From the NCBI GenBank assembly GCA_963803825.1, contig CAWDOJ010000003.1, positions 215,724-279,723 on the forward strand: a stretch of 64,000 bases of DNA, given 5' to 3'. The position numbers and the translations under genes are program-made. Below, piece by piece: positions 23,926 through 33,621 of this stretch; position 1 is the first letter of the stretch, and each line of letters begins with the position of its first letter. The stretch is from an uncultured Verrucomicrobiae bacterium (GTDB lineage Bacteria; Verrucomicrobiota; Verrucomicrobiia; Chthoniobacterales; JAATET01). The notes below the pieces were generated by a model that worked only from the letters and a program-made list of their open reading frames with translations, had not been told where the DNA came from and ran no database searches.

Positions 23926-25050
23926 TTAGGCGGCCAGGGCGGGGGCGGGGGCTTGGAATCTAACCGTGGCGGCTTCGCGGCAGATCCAGCCGCCGCCGAT
24001 CACACGGTCGCCGTCGTAGAGCACGGCGGCCTGGCCCGGGGTGACGGCGCGCTGGGGTTCGTGGAGGCGGACGCGGTGGCGGCCGCCTTCGGCTGGCTCG
24101 ACCGTGGCGGCGGTCCCGGCGTGGGCGTAACGGATTTTGACGGTGACGTCGGTCGACTCGGTGGGGGCGTCGGTGAACCAGTTGACGTTGTCGATTTCGA
24201 AGGTCTCGCGGGTGAGTTCTTCGTCGGTGCCGATGATGACGCGGGAGTTGTCGGCGTCGATGTCGACGACATACATGGGGCGGGGGGAGCCACCGGGGAG
24301 GCCCTTGCGCTGGCCGATGGTGAACATCTCGATGCCCTCGTGGTCGCCGATGTGGTTGCCGGCGGTGTCGTAGATGCCGCCGGTGTGGAACTCGGTGTCT
24401 CCGAGGTGGGAGCGCAGGAAAGCTTTGTAATCGTTGCCGGGGACGAAGCAGATCTCTTGGCTGTCCACCTTGTCGGCGACCTTGAGGCCGAGGTCGCGGG
24501 CGATGGCGCGAATCTCGGGCTTGGTCATGCCACCGAGCGGGGTGACGGCACGGGCGAGTTGGGATTTTTTGAGACTGAAGAGGAAATAGGACTGGTCCTT
24601 GTTGCCGTCGAGGCCTCGGCGAAGGATGGGATCGGGGCCGTCGTGTTCGACGATGGCGTAGTGGCCGGTGGCGATGTATTCGGCTCCCAAAGCGGCGGCT
24701 TTCTTCCAGAGGTTGCCGAACTTGAGCTTCTCGTTGCACATGACGCACGGGTTCGGCGTGCGACCGGCGCGGTATTCGCTGGAGAAATAGTCGATAACGA
24801 GTTTTTCGAATTGATCGGCTTCGTCGACGACGTAGTGGGGGATGCCGAGCGAGTTGGCGACGGAGCGGGCGTCGGCGATGGCGGACGGTCCGCAGCATTT
24901 GTCCTCGGCGCGGGAGATGCAGTCTTGCGGCCAGACTTTCATCGTGACGCCGATGACGTCCCAGCCGTCCTGCTTGAGCAGATGGGCGGTGACGCTCGAG
25001 TCGACGCCGCCGCTCATACCGACGAGGATGCGTTTGCCGTGGCCTTTCAT
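23926..25050 (-). CDS. mnmA: tRNA 2-thiouridine(34) synthase MnmA
   Basis: PP-loop VGMSGGVDSSV, GRTPNPCVMCN, ATGHYA and DQSYFL motifs. Confidence 0.9.
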   Translation of the reverse strand: MKGHGKRILVGMSGGVDSSVTAHLLKQDGWDVIGVTMKVWPQDCISRAEDKCCGPSAIADARSVANSLGIPHYVVDEADQFEKLVIDYFSSEYRAGRTPNPCVMCNEKLKFGNLWKKAAALGAEYIATGHYAIVEHDGPDPILRRGLDGNKDQSYFLFSLKKSQLARAVTPLGGMTKPEIRAIARDLGLKVADKVDSQEICFVPGNDYKAFLRSHLGDTEFHTGGIYDTAGNHIGDHEGIEMFTIGQRKGLPGGSPRPMYVVDIDADNSRVIIGTDEELTRETFEIDNVNWFTDAPTESTDVTVKIRYAHAGTAATVEPAEGGRHRVRLHEPQRAVTPGQAAVLYDGDRVIGGGWICREAATVRFQAPAPALAA

Positions 25051-25112
25051 GTGGGCGGGACGGTAGCAGCGCGGCGGGGGCGGGTCAAATGGTGCGGGGT
25101 CGAGCTAGGCCC

Positions 25113-26654
25113 CTACTCGAGGTTTCTCAGCTGGGGGAGCCCGTAGGCTTGCTGGAGGCGTTCGGCTTGTTCGTCGATCTGCTCGGGGTCGAGAAAGATG
25201 ACGCCGGGGTCGGAATCGAACTCGATCTTGTGGAACCCTTCGGAGGGTTGCTCGAGGGCGGCGGCGACGTCGGCGAGGCTTTTGATCTCCTGGCCATTGA
25301 CCTTGTCGACGACGATGGAGCCGAGGTCCTCGTAACCAAGGGTCGCGTCGCTGGGGAGGACCTGACTCACGAAGACGATCTTGCCGCGGTCGGCTGGAAG
25401 TTCGTTTTGGAAGGCGTCCAGATAGACTAGGCGTTGGGGGGCGTTGCTGCGCCACTCTGAGCCCCATTCTTCGAGGTAGGGGCGGGAGAGTTCCTGGAAG
25501 ACCACGCCGCCCAGGACGAGGTAGGGTGGAGCCTCGTCAGCGGTGAAGGCTTCGCTGATGACTGTCGCGGGATCGCGAGGCTTGAGCGGCAGGGTGATTT
25601 CCGTGCGCTGGCTGTCGCGGAGGATGGTGAGCGGGAGGGACGTGCGGCCCGGCTCGGCGTTGGAGATGAGGTGGCCGAACGAAATCTTGCCGAAGTCGTC
25701 GTCGTCGTAATTTCCATCGTCGTCGAGGTCGTATCCGTCGACGGCAAGAACCACGTCGCCTTTCTGCAAACCCGACTCGTCGGAGGCGCTGCCGTGAAGG
25801 AGCTCGGAAACGTAGATGCCAGCATCCGTTTCTTCCATGCCGAGGAATCTCCGGAACTGAGGATCGCGGGTCGAAGCAAAGGCGAGGCCGGCGCGGGGAA
25901 AGGATTGGTAGGGCGAGGTGGCGGCACGCTCGAGGAAGGTCCGAATGAGCGGAGATGGAAGCACGGTGGCAGTCTGCGAGCGCGAATCGTAGCGCATGAG
26001 CAAACCAGCGAGATCTTTCCCGTGGAAGATTGGGACGGTGAAACTGTTATCGCGGTATTGAAGCGGCGCGCTCACGGCGTAGGAAAGAAGGAAGATCCCG
26101 TCAACCGGGTAGTTTGATACCGTGACGGTTGTGAGCCTTCCGCCGGTGACGGCGACCGCACCGTTTCGCTCGAGTTGGGCGATCACGAGTTCGTCGCCGA
26201 CGGTGAGCGGTGGCGCGAGGTCGACTGGATTGGACTCGCTCAGAAAGCCGGGGTCGACGGGGCGGAGCAGTGCGAGATTGGCCTCGTAGTCAACCAGGCG
26301 CACCTCGGCTGGGGTCTTGGCGGAATCTGAGGCGCGCTCGAGTTCGACGTAGGTGTGATCGGTGACAAGTTCGGCCGTCACGAGCACGTCTCCCCCGGTG
26401 ATGACCGTGCCGATGCCGCGGCGGCTGTAGGCGTCGCGTTTGACCCACGGTCGGGTCAGATTGTAGCGCTGGTTCGTCGAATTGACGCGGACGAATGAAG
26501 AGGCGGAAAGCTCTGTCGACGTCGATGGGGCGACAACCACCGGTTTGTTGAGAGCTTCCGGGGACAGATCCGAAGCGGGTGGTGGCGTCGAGAGGTCGGC
26601 CCGAGCGAAGCTCGCGCAGGCTAGCAGAGCGAGAGGGAATAAGAATCGGATCAC
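25113..26654 (-). CDS. Deg/HtrA-like trypsin-fold plus PDZ protein with degenerate catalytic triad (predicted pseudoprotease), secreted
   Basis: 513 aa with a signal peptide. Colinear with the adjacent active paralogue, but TNAHVV is replaced by VTAELV (no His), DCDLAIL by EANLALL (Asp to Asn), and GNSGGP by DNSFTVP. Confidence 0.7.
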   Translation of the reverse strand: MIRFLFPLALLACASFARADLSTPPPASDLSPEALNKPVVVAPSTSTELSASSFVRVNSTNQRYNLTRPWVKRDAYSRRGIGTVITGGDVLVTAELVTDHTYVELERASDSAKTPAEVRLVDYEANLALLRPVDPGFLSESNPVDLAPPLTVGDELVIAQLERNGAVAVTGGRLTTVTVSNYPVDGIFLLSYAVSAPLQYRDNSFTVPIFHGKDLAGLLMRYDSRSQTATVLPSPLIRTFLERAATSPYQSFPRAGLAFASTRDPQFRRFLGMEETDAGIYVSELLHGSASDESGLQKGDVVLAVDGYDLDDDGNYDDDDFGKISFGHLISNAEPGRTSLPLTILRDSQRTEITLPLKPRDPATVISEAFTADEAPPYLVLGGVVFQELSRPYLEEWGSEWRSNAPQRLVYLDAFQNELPADRGKIVFVSQVLPSDATLGYEDLGSIVVDKVNGQEIKSLADVAAALEQPSEGFHKIEFDSDPGVIFLDPEQIDEQAERLQQAYGLPQLRNLE

Positions 26655-28114
26655 GGTTGGAGGTTGGATTCGGCGGGGACGGCGTAGCGGGTGAGGATGC
26701 GCTGTCGGGCGGCGCTCACGGCGGAGGCTTCGAGAACGAGGGGACGGTTGGTCCCGGCAAATTCGATCACGTAATCGTCAGCCGACGTGGCGAAGGCAGT
26801 CGCCAAGTCTTCGAGGGTCCGGATCTTTGTCCCGTTGACGGAGTCGACCATCGCGCTCTTGAATTCTTCCGCGTAAGCGTTGACGGGGTCGGAGAGGACA
26901 TCGGCCAGGACAATGATCTCGGGATGATCCTCGTAGAGTTTGTCCGCGAGGAAGAAATCGTAGGTGTAGCGGGTGAGCTGATTGGTCACGCTATTGGCCG
27001 AGAGAAAATCCTGATTGACGGGTTGAAACAGAAGGCCGGCGAAGAGGACGTAGCGGGGGCGCACGTCGTATTGGTTGGCGAAGAGGTTGTGGGGGAATGG
27101 CTCGCTGAGTTCGATGGCCAAGCGAAGCGGTTCGCCGTCGCGAAGGACGTCGAGCTGGACGGTATCGCCGCGGAGGCTTCGCTCGACTATCTCGGGCATC
27201 TGGACGGTCCCGCCATCCAGTTCGACCGTGCCGTCCATGGCGACGGGGAGGTCTTGGATCGCGGTGATCACGTCGCCAGGTTCGACGATGCCGTCGGCAG
27301 AGCCGCCGCCGAAAACGGTGCCGACGAGAACGCCGACGTTGTCGTCGCCGAGGCCGAGGGCGAGACGAGCGGCCGGGTTGAAAAGGGGCGAATAGGTGAG
27401 CGCAAGGTCAACGTAGCGGTCGTAGGTGCCGTCTTCTATGTCGGTGAGAAAACGTTGCACGACCGGGGTCGGGATCATGTAGCCGGTGTTTTGCGCGATA
27501 TCGCCACTGTAGCCCTGGAAGGCGACACCGACGACTCGATCGTCCTGCATGACGGGGCCGCCGCTGTTGCCGGGATTAATGGCGGCGTCGATCTGGATGA
27601 CGAGGTGTGAGTCGGCGCCGGAGTGGCTGTATTCTTGAAAATCGATTCGCGAGACGACCCCACGGGTGACGGATGGCCGTTCTCCGCCGATCGGGTAGCC
27701 GTAGACGCTCACGGTGGACTCGATGTCGGGGATGCCGCCGAGTTCCAACGCCGCAGTCCCCTCGAAGAAGGCGGGGTCCTCGGGCTGGAGGATAGCGAGG
27801 TCGCAGTCGTGGGCGACGAAGAGGACGCGGGCTTGGTAGGGGCGCGGATCGCCTTCTTTATTGATCGAAATGAATCGCGGATCGCTGACGACGTGGGCGT
27901 TCGTCACGATGCGTTCACCGTCGATGACGAACCCGGACCCGACGCCTCTGGAAACGCCGCCAGCGTTCCACGGGACGCGGTAATCGGGAGATTGTCCGAC
28001 GGATTGGATGCGGACTAGGCTGCGGCGGATCAGCTCGGGCGCGGCGGAGAGGGTGGTTCCGTTGAGAAGGAGAGTGGCGAGAGCCAGAGAAATCAGGGCG
28101 AAGGAGCGACGCAT
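26651..28114 (-). CDS. Deg-type (S1C-like) serine protease with C-terminal PDZ-like domains, secreted
   Basis: 487 aa with a signal peptide. The catalytic triad is intact: His in IVTNAHVV, Asp in HDCDLAIL, Ser in NPGNSGGPV. It overlaps the downstream paralogue by 4 nt. Confidence 0.8.
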   Translation of the reverse strand: MRRSFALISLALATLLLNGTTLSAAPELIRRSLVRIQSVGQSPDYRVPWNAGGVSRGVGSGFVIDGERIVTNAHVVSDPRFISINKEGDPRPYQARVLFVAHDCDLAILQPEDPAFFEGTAALELGGIPDIESTVSVYGYPIGGERPSVTRGVVSRIDFQEYSHSGADSHLVIQIDAAINPGNSGGPVMQDDRVVGVAFQGYSGDIAQNTGYMIPTPVVQRFLTDIEDGTYDRYVDLALTYSPLFNPAARLALGLGDDNVGVLVGTVFGGGSADGIVEPGDVITAIQDLPVAMDGTVELDGGTVQMPEIVERSLRGDTVQLDVLRDGEPLRLAIELSEPFPHNLFANQYDVRPRYVLFAGLLFQPVNQDFLSANSVTNQLTRYTYDFFLADKLYEDHPEIIVLADVLSDPVNAYAEEFKSAMVDSVNGTKIRTLEDLATAFATSADDYVIEFAGTNRPLVLEASAVSAARQRILTRYAVPAESNLQP

Positions 28115-28238
28115 GGAAGATTGAGTTGACCGCAGACCGGCGGCGGGGGGGAAGTGACCCGCTGCGGCGCTTGGGTGACCTCACTGATAGACGAGCAGCG
28201 GTGACATGCAAGTGGGGCGTTCGCCGTTTGCACCGGCA

Positions 28239-29003
28239 CTACAAAGAGTCGACGTCGTCAAATCGGTCGACCCGGAAGGTCGATTTGCGTTTTCCCCCTG
28301 GGCGAGTGGTGGAGGGTGGGGGCCGGCTCTCTTCGTTCTTAGCGGTGCTGACCTCGGACTCGTCGTCCGAGTCGGCGGCGACGACCCGGTCGTTGCCGAA
28401 GGTATTGATGGCGATGAGTTCGGTGCGTTTGCCGCCGGGGGTCTGCCGACGCTGCGCGATGAAGGGCGTCGGATCGATGTAGTTCTCCAGGCCCCGGCTG
28501 AAGGCGAAGCGATTCATGCCGATAGCGAGGTTCTTGCGCATTTCGAAATGGAGGTGGGCGGTGTACATGCCACGGTTGGTTCCGATGGTGCCGAGCTGCT
28601 CGCCGCGCGTGACCTGTTGGCCGACTTTGACGTCGATCCGGTCGAGGTGGGTGTACATCGAGTCGACGGTCACGAGCTTTTTCCCTTCGAGGTAGATGTG
28701 CCGCACGATGACCGACTTACCCCAGCTGCTGCGCATGTCCTTGGCGAGGACGACGAGGCCGTGGCCGATATTCCAGACCGGGTCGCCGAGGTCGGAGTTG
28801 CCGCCGTTGATCCCATTCCAATCCTCGCCGAGATGGCCGTTGGGGCGAAAGCCGCGAGCTTTGTAGTATTGATCGGCGTCGGGTTTGCCGACCGGGAAAT
28901 CGAAGCCGTCCGCGAGTTTTACCCTGGCCTGTTGCTCGAGCGGCGCAGCGATCAAAGCCGCTACCAGCGCGGAGAGTGCGATCCAGAACCAAGACTTTCG
29001 CAT
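28239..29003 (-). CDS. M23 family metallopeptidase (LytM-like) with acidic/basic C-terminal tail
   Basis: Start at ATG 29003 (MRKSWFWIALSALV...). HLGEDW, VIVRH, YTHL and HLHFEM are zinc-site motifs of M23 peptidases. Confidence 0.8.
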   Translation of the reverse strand: MRKSWFWIALSALVAALIAAPLEQQARVKLADGFDFPVGKPDADQYYKARGFRPNGHLGEDWNGINGGNSDLGDPVWNIGHGLVVLAKDMRSSWGKSVIVRHIYLEGKKLVTVDSMYTHLDRIDVKVGQQVTRGEQLGTIGTNRGMYTAHLHFEMRKNLAIGMNRFAFSRGLENYIDPTPFIAQRRQTPGGKRTELIAINTFGNDRVVAADSDDESEVSTAKNEESRPPPSTTRPGGKRKSTFRVDRFDDVDSL

Positions 29004-29079
29004 GCGATTTGAGATTAGATGACCGGGTGGGTGGCTGCAAGCGCGGGGGAGCCGAGCGGATGGCTTGCGGTCATTGGAC

Positions 29080-29490
29080 CTAGTGAGGCTGAACGAGGAT
29101 GACCGCGAGGGGGACGCGGAGTTGAAGTTCGTCGTCGAGATAGACTTCGATGGTGTGCAGCCCAGCTTCTTCAAAGCGAACGCCGCCGAAGACGTGGACG
29201 TTCGTCGCGTTGGCGTTCATCTCCTGGAGATGAAAATCGACCTGAAATTCCGCGAGCTTCGTCTCGTCGTCGGGGCCGATGATCGCGGCGCGCTGGCGAA
29301 ATTGGCCTTCGCCGCCGCACCAACGAGTCCAGAGACAAAGCTTGAAAAACGCGATCGGCAGAGCTTGCGCGGGAATCGCGGTGATGACACCGACCAGCGT
29401 CTGCTGACCGCTGGCTTCCGCGCGGACGTCTTCACAGAGGACGCAGGCTTGGAGGTCCGGGAGAATGGATTGTGGGTCTTCGATTTTCAG
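29080..29490 (-). CDS. conserved-looking hypothetical protein (136 codons) with no ATG/GTG/TTG start; putative CTG start at 29490
   Basis: Missing from the ORF track. Minus-strand translation: LKIEDPQSILPDLQACVLCEDVRAEASGQQTLVGVITAIPAQALPIAFFKLCLWTRWCGGEGQFRQRAAIIGPDDETKLAEFQVDFHLQEMNANATNVHVFGGVRFEEAGLHTIEVYLDDELQLRVPLAVILVQPH*. It is stop-free, has protein-like composition, and is in the same frame as uppP, 6 codons after the uppP TAA. The plus-strand ORF 29065-29856 is its antisense shadow. Confidence 0.55.
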   Translation of the reverse strand: MKIEDPQSILPDLQACVLCEDVRAEASGQQTLVGVITAIPAQALPIAFFKLCLWTRWCGGEGQFRQRAAIIGPDDETKLAEFQVDFHLQEMNANATNVHVFGGVRFEEAGLHTIEVYLDDELQLRVPLAVILVQPH

Positions 29491-29508
29491 GTCTCGATGA
29501 TCGAGCGA

Positions 29509-30354
29509 TTAAAACTGGACGACGTCGGTGAGAATGAGTCCGGCAACCACGAAGGCAAGGGCGATCCGATAGTAGCCGAAGACGGCGAGCCCGTTGCGGT
29601 TCAGGTAGTCGACCATCCACTTCACGGCGAAGACAGCGCTGATCCAGGCAGCGACGAGACCAAGGAGAAGCGGGATCGGACCGAAGGCGGCCAGCATCTC
29701 GCTGCCGTGCTTGAGACCATCGTAAGCGGTCGCGGCGGTGAGGGTGAGCAGTCCGAGCAGAAAGCTAAATTCGACGGCGGCGGCGAGATTGAGGCCGACG
29801 GCGAGACCTCCAAGGATGGTGACCAAGCTGCGGCTGACGCCGGGCCACATCGCTAGGCACTGGATGAAGCCGATGATGACCGCGCCCTTCCAAGCGAGCT
29901 CGGTGACACTGGCGCGGCTGCCAGGAGTCTCCGGGGAGCGGTTGCGGCGGGCCGCGACGACGAGGATGACGATGCCGCCGACGAGCCACGCGGCGACGGT
30001 CGGCCAGAGTCCCCACGCGTCGCCGCCGAAGAGGAACTTCTTGATCGGCTTCTCGAGGAGGAGGCCGATGATCGCAGCCGGGAGAAAGGCGCTCACGACA
30101 TTGACCCCGAGGCGAAAGCCTTCCGGATTGCGCCCAAGGGCACCTTCGGCCATCTGCCGCACCCTTCCGAAATAAAGACCGAGCACCGCCAGAATCGCCC
30201 CGAACTGGATGCAGATCGCGAACGCGTCGGACGAGACGTTCGACTCGATGCCCAGCAGTCGCTGGGTGAGGATGAGATGCCCGGTGGAGCTAACCGGGAG
30301 ATATTCCGTCAGTCCCTCGACGAGGCCGAGGATGACGGCCTGCCACCATTCCAT
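29509..30354 (-). CDS. uppP: undecaprenyl-diphosphate phosphatase
   Basis: 281 aa. GLVEGLTEYLPVSSTGHLIL and the PGVSRS motif are typical of BacA/UppP. Confidence 0.9.
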   Translation of the reverse strand: MEWWQAVILGLVEGLTEYLPVSSTGHLILTQRLLGIESNVSSDAFAICIQFGAILAVLGLYFGRVRQMAEGALGRNPEGFRLGVNVVSAFLPAAIIGLLLEKPIKKFLFGGDAWGLWPTVAAWLVGGIVILVVAARRNRSPETPGSRASVTELAWKGAVIIGFIQCLAMWPGVSRSLVTILGGLAVGLNLAAAVEFSFLLGLLTLTAATAYDGLKHGSEMLAAFGPIPLLLGLVAAWISAVFAVKWMVDYLNRNGLAVFGYYRIALAFVVAGLILTDVVQF

Positions 30355-30406
30355 AGAGGATAAGACCCGAGCTGTGGCGCGTGCCGCAGCCCGAGTCGGT
30401 CGTTAT

Positions 30407-30748
<342 letters not shown>

Positions 30749-30836
30749 TTAAGGGTGCTACAGTGGTTGCGTCCGAGTGGCAAGTCGGGAAAGCGTTTGA
30801 TAAAGCCAAAAATCCGGTGCTGAATCTGCTCCTCTC

Positions 30837-31400
30837 GTGAAACCGCATCTTTGGCGACGCTCGTCGGTGGGCAAATGGCTCCGGCACTTTCCCCGCATCA
30901 AACACCTCCGTGGATCTTGGTTGCACCGCTGGGTCGGTGATCGCCTGCTCGACCCGGTTCTCTGGGCGCCCGAGCGGGAACCGATGGCGCGGGGATTCGC
31001 GGTTGGCGGTTTTCTATCGATGCTGCCGATCCCGTTCCAGAGCCTGCCGGCGGCAACGGTTGCCATCGCGGGCCGGATGAACGTGCCGGCTGCCTTAGTC
31101 GGCTGCTGGGTCACAAATCCCGTGACCATGGGGTTCATCTGGTACGTGCAGTTGCGGGTCGGGTTTTTTCTCCTGGGACGGGAGTCGCCCTGGCGGCTGC
31201 TGCGCGAGCATTCCGTCTGGGAAGTGGTCAAGATGTCGCCTTGGCCGATGTTGGTCGGGACCGTGGTGACGGCTCCTTTCGCGGCGGTGATCTGCTATTT
31301 CTTCGCGCGGATCTGCTACGATCTGATCATCTTCACCATCGGTAAGAGCGCGGAACGACGGAAGCGGCGTCAGCGAGACCGGGCTCGGCGGAATTGTTAG
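30837..31400 (+). CDS. DUF2062 domain membrane protein
   Basis: RGFAVGGFLSMLPIPFQSLPAATVAIAGRMNVPAALVGCWVTNPVT is typical of DUF2062. GTG start at 30837. Confidence 0.65.
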   Translation: MKPHLWRRSSVGKWLRHFPRIKHLRGSWLHRWVGDRLLDPVLWAPEREPMARGFAVGGFLSMLPIPFQSLPAATVAIAGRMNVPAALVGCWVTNPVTMGFIWYVQLRVGFFLLGRESPWRLLREHSVWEVVKMSPWPMLVGTVVTAPFAAVICYFFARICYDLIIFTIGKSAERRKRRQRDRARRNC

Positions 31401-32149
31401 GACTCCGCAGCCCAGCGCAGGCTCCGGCGCAGCAGCCCATCGGACCGGGCGAAGGCCAAGTCGATCTGGCCGAGAGCGCCGTCGAGTGGTCGGCGGAGGT
31501 GGCCAGTGACGTCGTAAAATTCGTAGCCGTGATCCGCCATCGAGTTCATGACCTGCAGCGAGGTCGGGAGTCGACGGGCGGCGGAGAAGAGAGACGTCTC
31601 CAGGATGAAGAGCTCGGTCCGACCGAAGAGCGACGTGGCTCCGGCGAGGACTTCGAGCTCGAATCCCTGGACGTCGAGCTTCACGAGGTCTGGGCAAAAA
31701 TCGGGCCGCTCGCTCGTGACGGAGTCGAGCGTGACGACGGGAGTCGGACGTTGTTGGCCGGCGTGGATGCGGTCGGGCTTCGGCTTCGGGAGGAAGGACG
31801 ATCCGGCGAGATCGGCGCTCACGGTCTGGAAAAATTCGCCCGCACGAGGACCGGCTCCCCGCGCGAGATAGGTGCAGTTTGGGACGTCGCTGGCGGTGCG
31901 TCGGAGGTCGTCCGACATCTCCGCGAGAGGCTCGATCATGATGAACTCCGCTTCGGGGAACAGCGTCGCTACGGCCCGGGTCCAATCGCCCCGGTGCGCG
32001 CCCACGTCGATGATGCCTCGCGGGATAAAACCGCGAGCGCGAACGTCTTCGAGAAACGAGGTGAGGCCGCCGATGGGACGCTCGCGGGATCCGGGCGCGG
32101 GGGTCGGAGCGGAAACTGGCTCGGGGCGGGCACGGAATCGAGAAAACAT
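31397..32149 (-). CDS. FkbM-family SAM-dependent methyltransferase
   Basis: IIDVGAHRGDWT and LVKLDVQGFELEVLAGA motifs. Start placed at ATG 32149 (MFSRFRA...); the track start at 32212 is possible. Confidence 0.7.
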   Translation of the reverse strand: MFSRFRARPEPVSAPTPAPGSRERPIGGLTSFLEDVRARGFIPRGIIDVGAHRGDWTRAVATLFPEAEFIMIEPLAEMSDDLRRTASDVPNCTYLARGAGPRAGEFFQTVSADLAGSSFLPKPKPDRIHAGQQRPTPVVTLDSVTSERPDFCPDLVKLDVQGFELEVLAGATSLFGRTELFILETSLFSAARRLPTSLQVMNSMADHGYEFYDVTGHLRRPLDGALGQIDLAFARSDGLLRRSLRWAAES

Positions 32150-32229
32150 CGCGTGACGGTTATAGACCGTTGGCCGCGAGAATCCAGCCGGGTGCTTTAC
32201 GCGGTCCGACAAATCGGGATAGTGCGGGC

Positions 32230-33621
32230 GTGAAGATCGCGCAGCTTCGTCAGAAAATCGCCCGCCGTCTGGGATCCAAGCACGTCGTGTCTGACGCGGC
32301 GGAGCTCGATGCCTTCGGGGGGGACAAATGGTTCGCTGAGCACCGGCCGGAGCTGGCCGTGCTGCCGGGGTCGACCGAGGAGGTGGCGTTTGTATTGCGG
32401 GCCGCGAGCGCGGCGGGCGTGCCGGTGACGACCCGCGGCGCGGGCTACGGGTACGTCGGCGGCTGCGTGCCGGTGCGGGGGGGGATCGTGCTCAGCACGC
32501 GGCGCATGAACAAGATCGTGGCGGTCGACGCGAAGGATTTTGTCGCGGTCGTTCAACCTGGCGTGATCACCGGGAAGTTGCAGGCGCGGGCGAAGCGCAA
32601 AGGATTACTTTACCCACCCGATCCTGCGAGTCTGGAGAATTGCAGCCTGGGCGGGAACATCGCGACGAACGCGGGTGGGCCGCGTTGCTTGAAATACGGG
32701 GTCACGCGGAACTACGTCCTCGGTCTCGAGGTCGTGTTGGCGGACGGCAGCGTGGTGCGGCTGGGCGGGCGCAATCACAAGAACAAGACGGGCTTCGATC
32801 TCATCGGGATGTTCGTGGGGTCGGAGGGGATGCTCGGCGTGGTGACCGAGGCGACGTTGCGCCTACTGCCGGATCCACCGGCGCGCGCGGTGCTGTCGGC
32901 GGGTTTCCCGACGATGCGGGCGGCGGCTGGGGCGGTGCAGGCGGTCTTTCGGCGCGGATTTCTGCCTGCGGCGGTCGAGGTCGCGGATCGATTCACGCTC
33001 GAGGCGGCCCGGGCGAATGGCGCACTGGCCCACGTCCCGCCGGGCGATGCGCACGTGCTCATCGAGATCGACGGGCAGGCCGCGAGCGTGCTCGGCGAGA
33101 CGAAGGACCTCGCCGCGCTGCTGGCGGAGAGCGGTGCTACGGAGGTTGAGACCGCGACGACGGACGTGGATTGCCAGGATCTCTGGGCGTTGCGCCGTGG
33201 GTTCTCGATGTCGCTGCGGGCGACGGGGCTGACGAAGCTGAACGAAGACATCGTCGTGCCGCGTGGTCGGCTCGTCGATCTGGTGAAGTTCGCGGAGGGC
33301 CTCGAGAAACGCTGCGGCTACGCCGTCGCGTGCTTCGGCCACGCGGGGGACGGGAACATCCACGTCAACATCATGGCCGGGGACTACGACCGCTCGGACG
33401 TGCGGGAGCGCGTCCACGCGGCGCTGGACGAGCTTTTTGCCAAAGTGCTCGAGTGGGGCGGCGCGATCTCCGGCGAGCACGGGATCGGCTTGGCGAAAAA
33501 ACCGTGGTGGAATCAGGCGACGACGGTCGAGGTCCGGGCGCTTCACCAGGCGATCAAGTCGGCGGTCGATCCGGCGGGAATGCTGAATCCGGGAAAATTT
33601 CTTGAACCGCGCGGGGCGTGA
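32230..33621 (+). CDS. FAD-linked oxidase (GlcD/D-lactate dehydrogenase-like)
   Basis: FAD_binding_4 region (VTTRGAGYGYVGGCVP, GVITGKLQ), HAGDGNIHVNI and GEHGIGLAK. Start at GTG 32230 (uncertain). Confidence 0.8.
   Translation: MKIAQLRQKIARRLGSKHVVSDAAELDAFGGDKWFAEHRPELAVLPGSTEEVAFVLRAASAAGVPVTTRGAGYGYVGGCVPVRGGIVLSTRRMNKIVAVDAKDFVAVVQPGVITGKLQARAKRKGLLYPPDPASLENCSLGGNIATNAGGPRCLKYGVTRNYVLGLEVVLADGSVVRLGGRNHKNKTGFDLIGMFVGSEGMLGVVTEATLRLLPDPPARAVLSAGFPTMRAAAGAVQAVFRRGFLPAAVEVADRFTLEAARANGALAHVPPGDAHVLIEIDGQAASVLGETKDLAALLAESGATEVETATTDVDCQDLWALRRGFSMSLRATGLTKLNEDIVVPRGRLVDLVKFAEGLEKRCGYAVACFGHAGDGNIHVNIMAGDYDRSDVRERVHAALDELFAKVLEWGGAISGEHGIGLAKKPWWNQATTVEVRALHQAIKSAVDPAGMLNPGKFLEPRGA

Noticed and set aside
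29065-29856. 263-aa plus-strand ORF listed in the track.
   Set aside because: It is antisense to both the unannotated 136-codon minus-strand ORF (29080-29490) and the 3' part of uppP. The minus-strand readings are the protein-like ones.
30355-30406. Hairpin gctgtggc-gcgt-gccgcagc between glnB and uppP as a regulatory attenuator.
   Set aside because: The stem is short, has one G-T pair and has no T-tract. It is probably just a weak terminator or spacer, and it is not distinctive enough to report as a finding.
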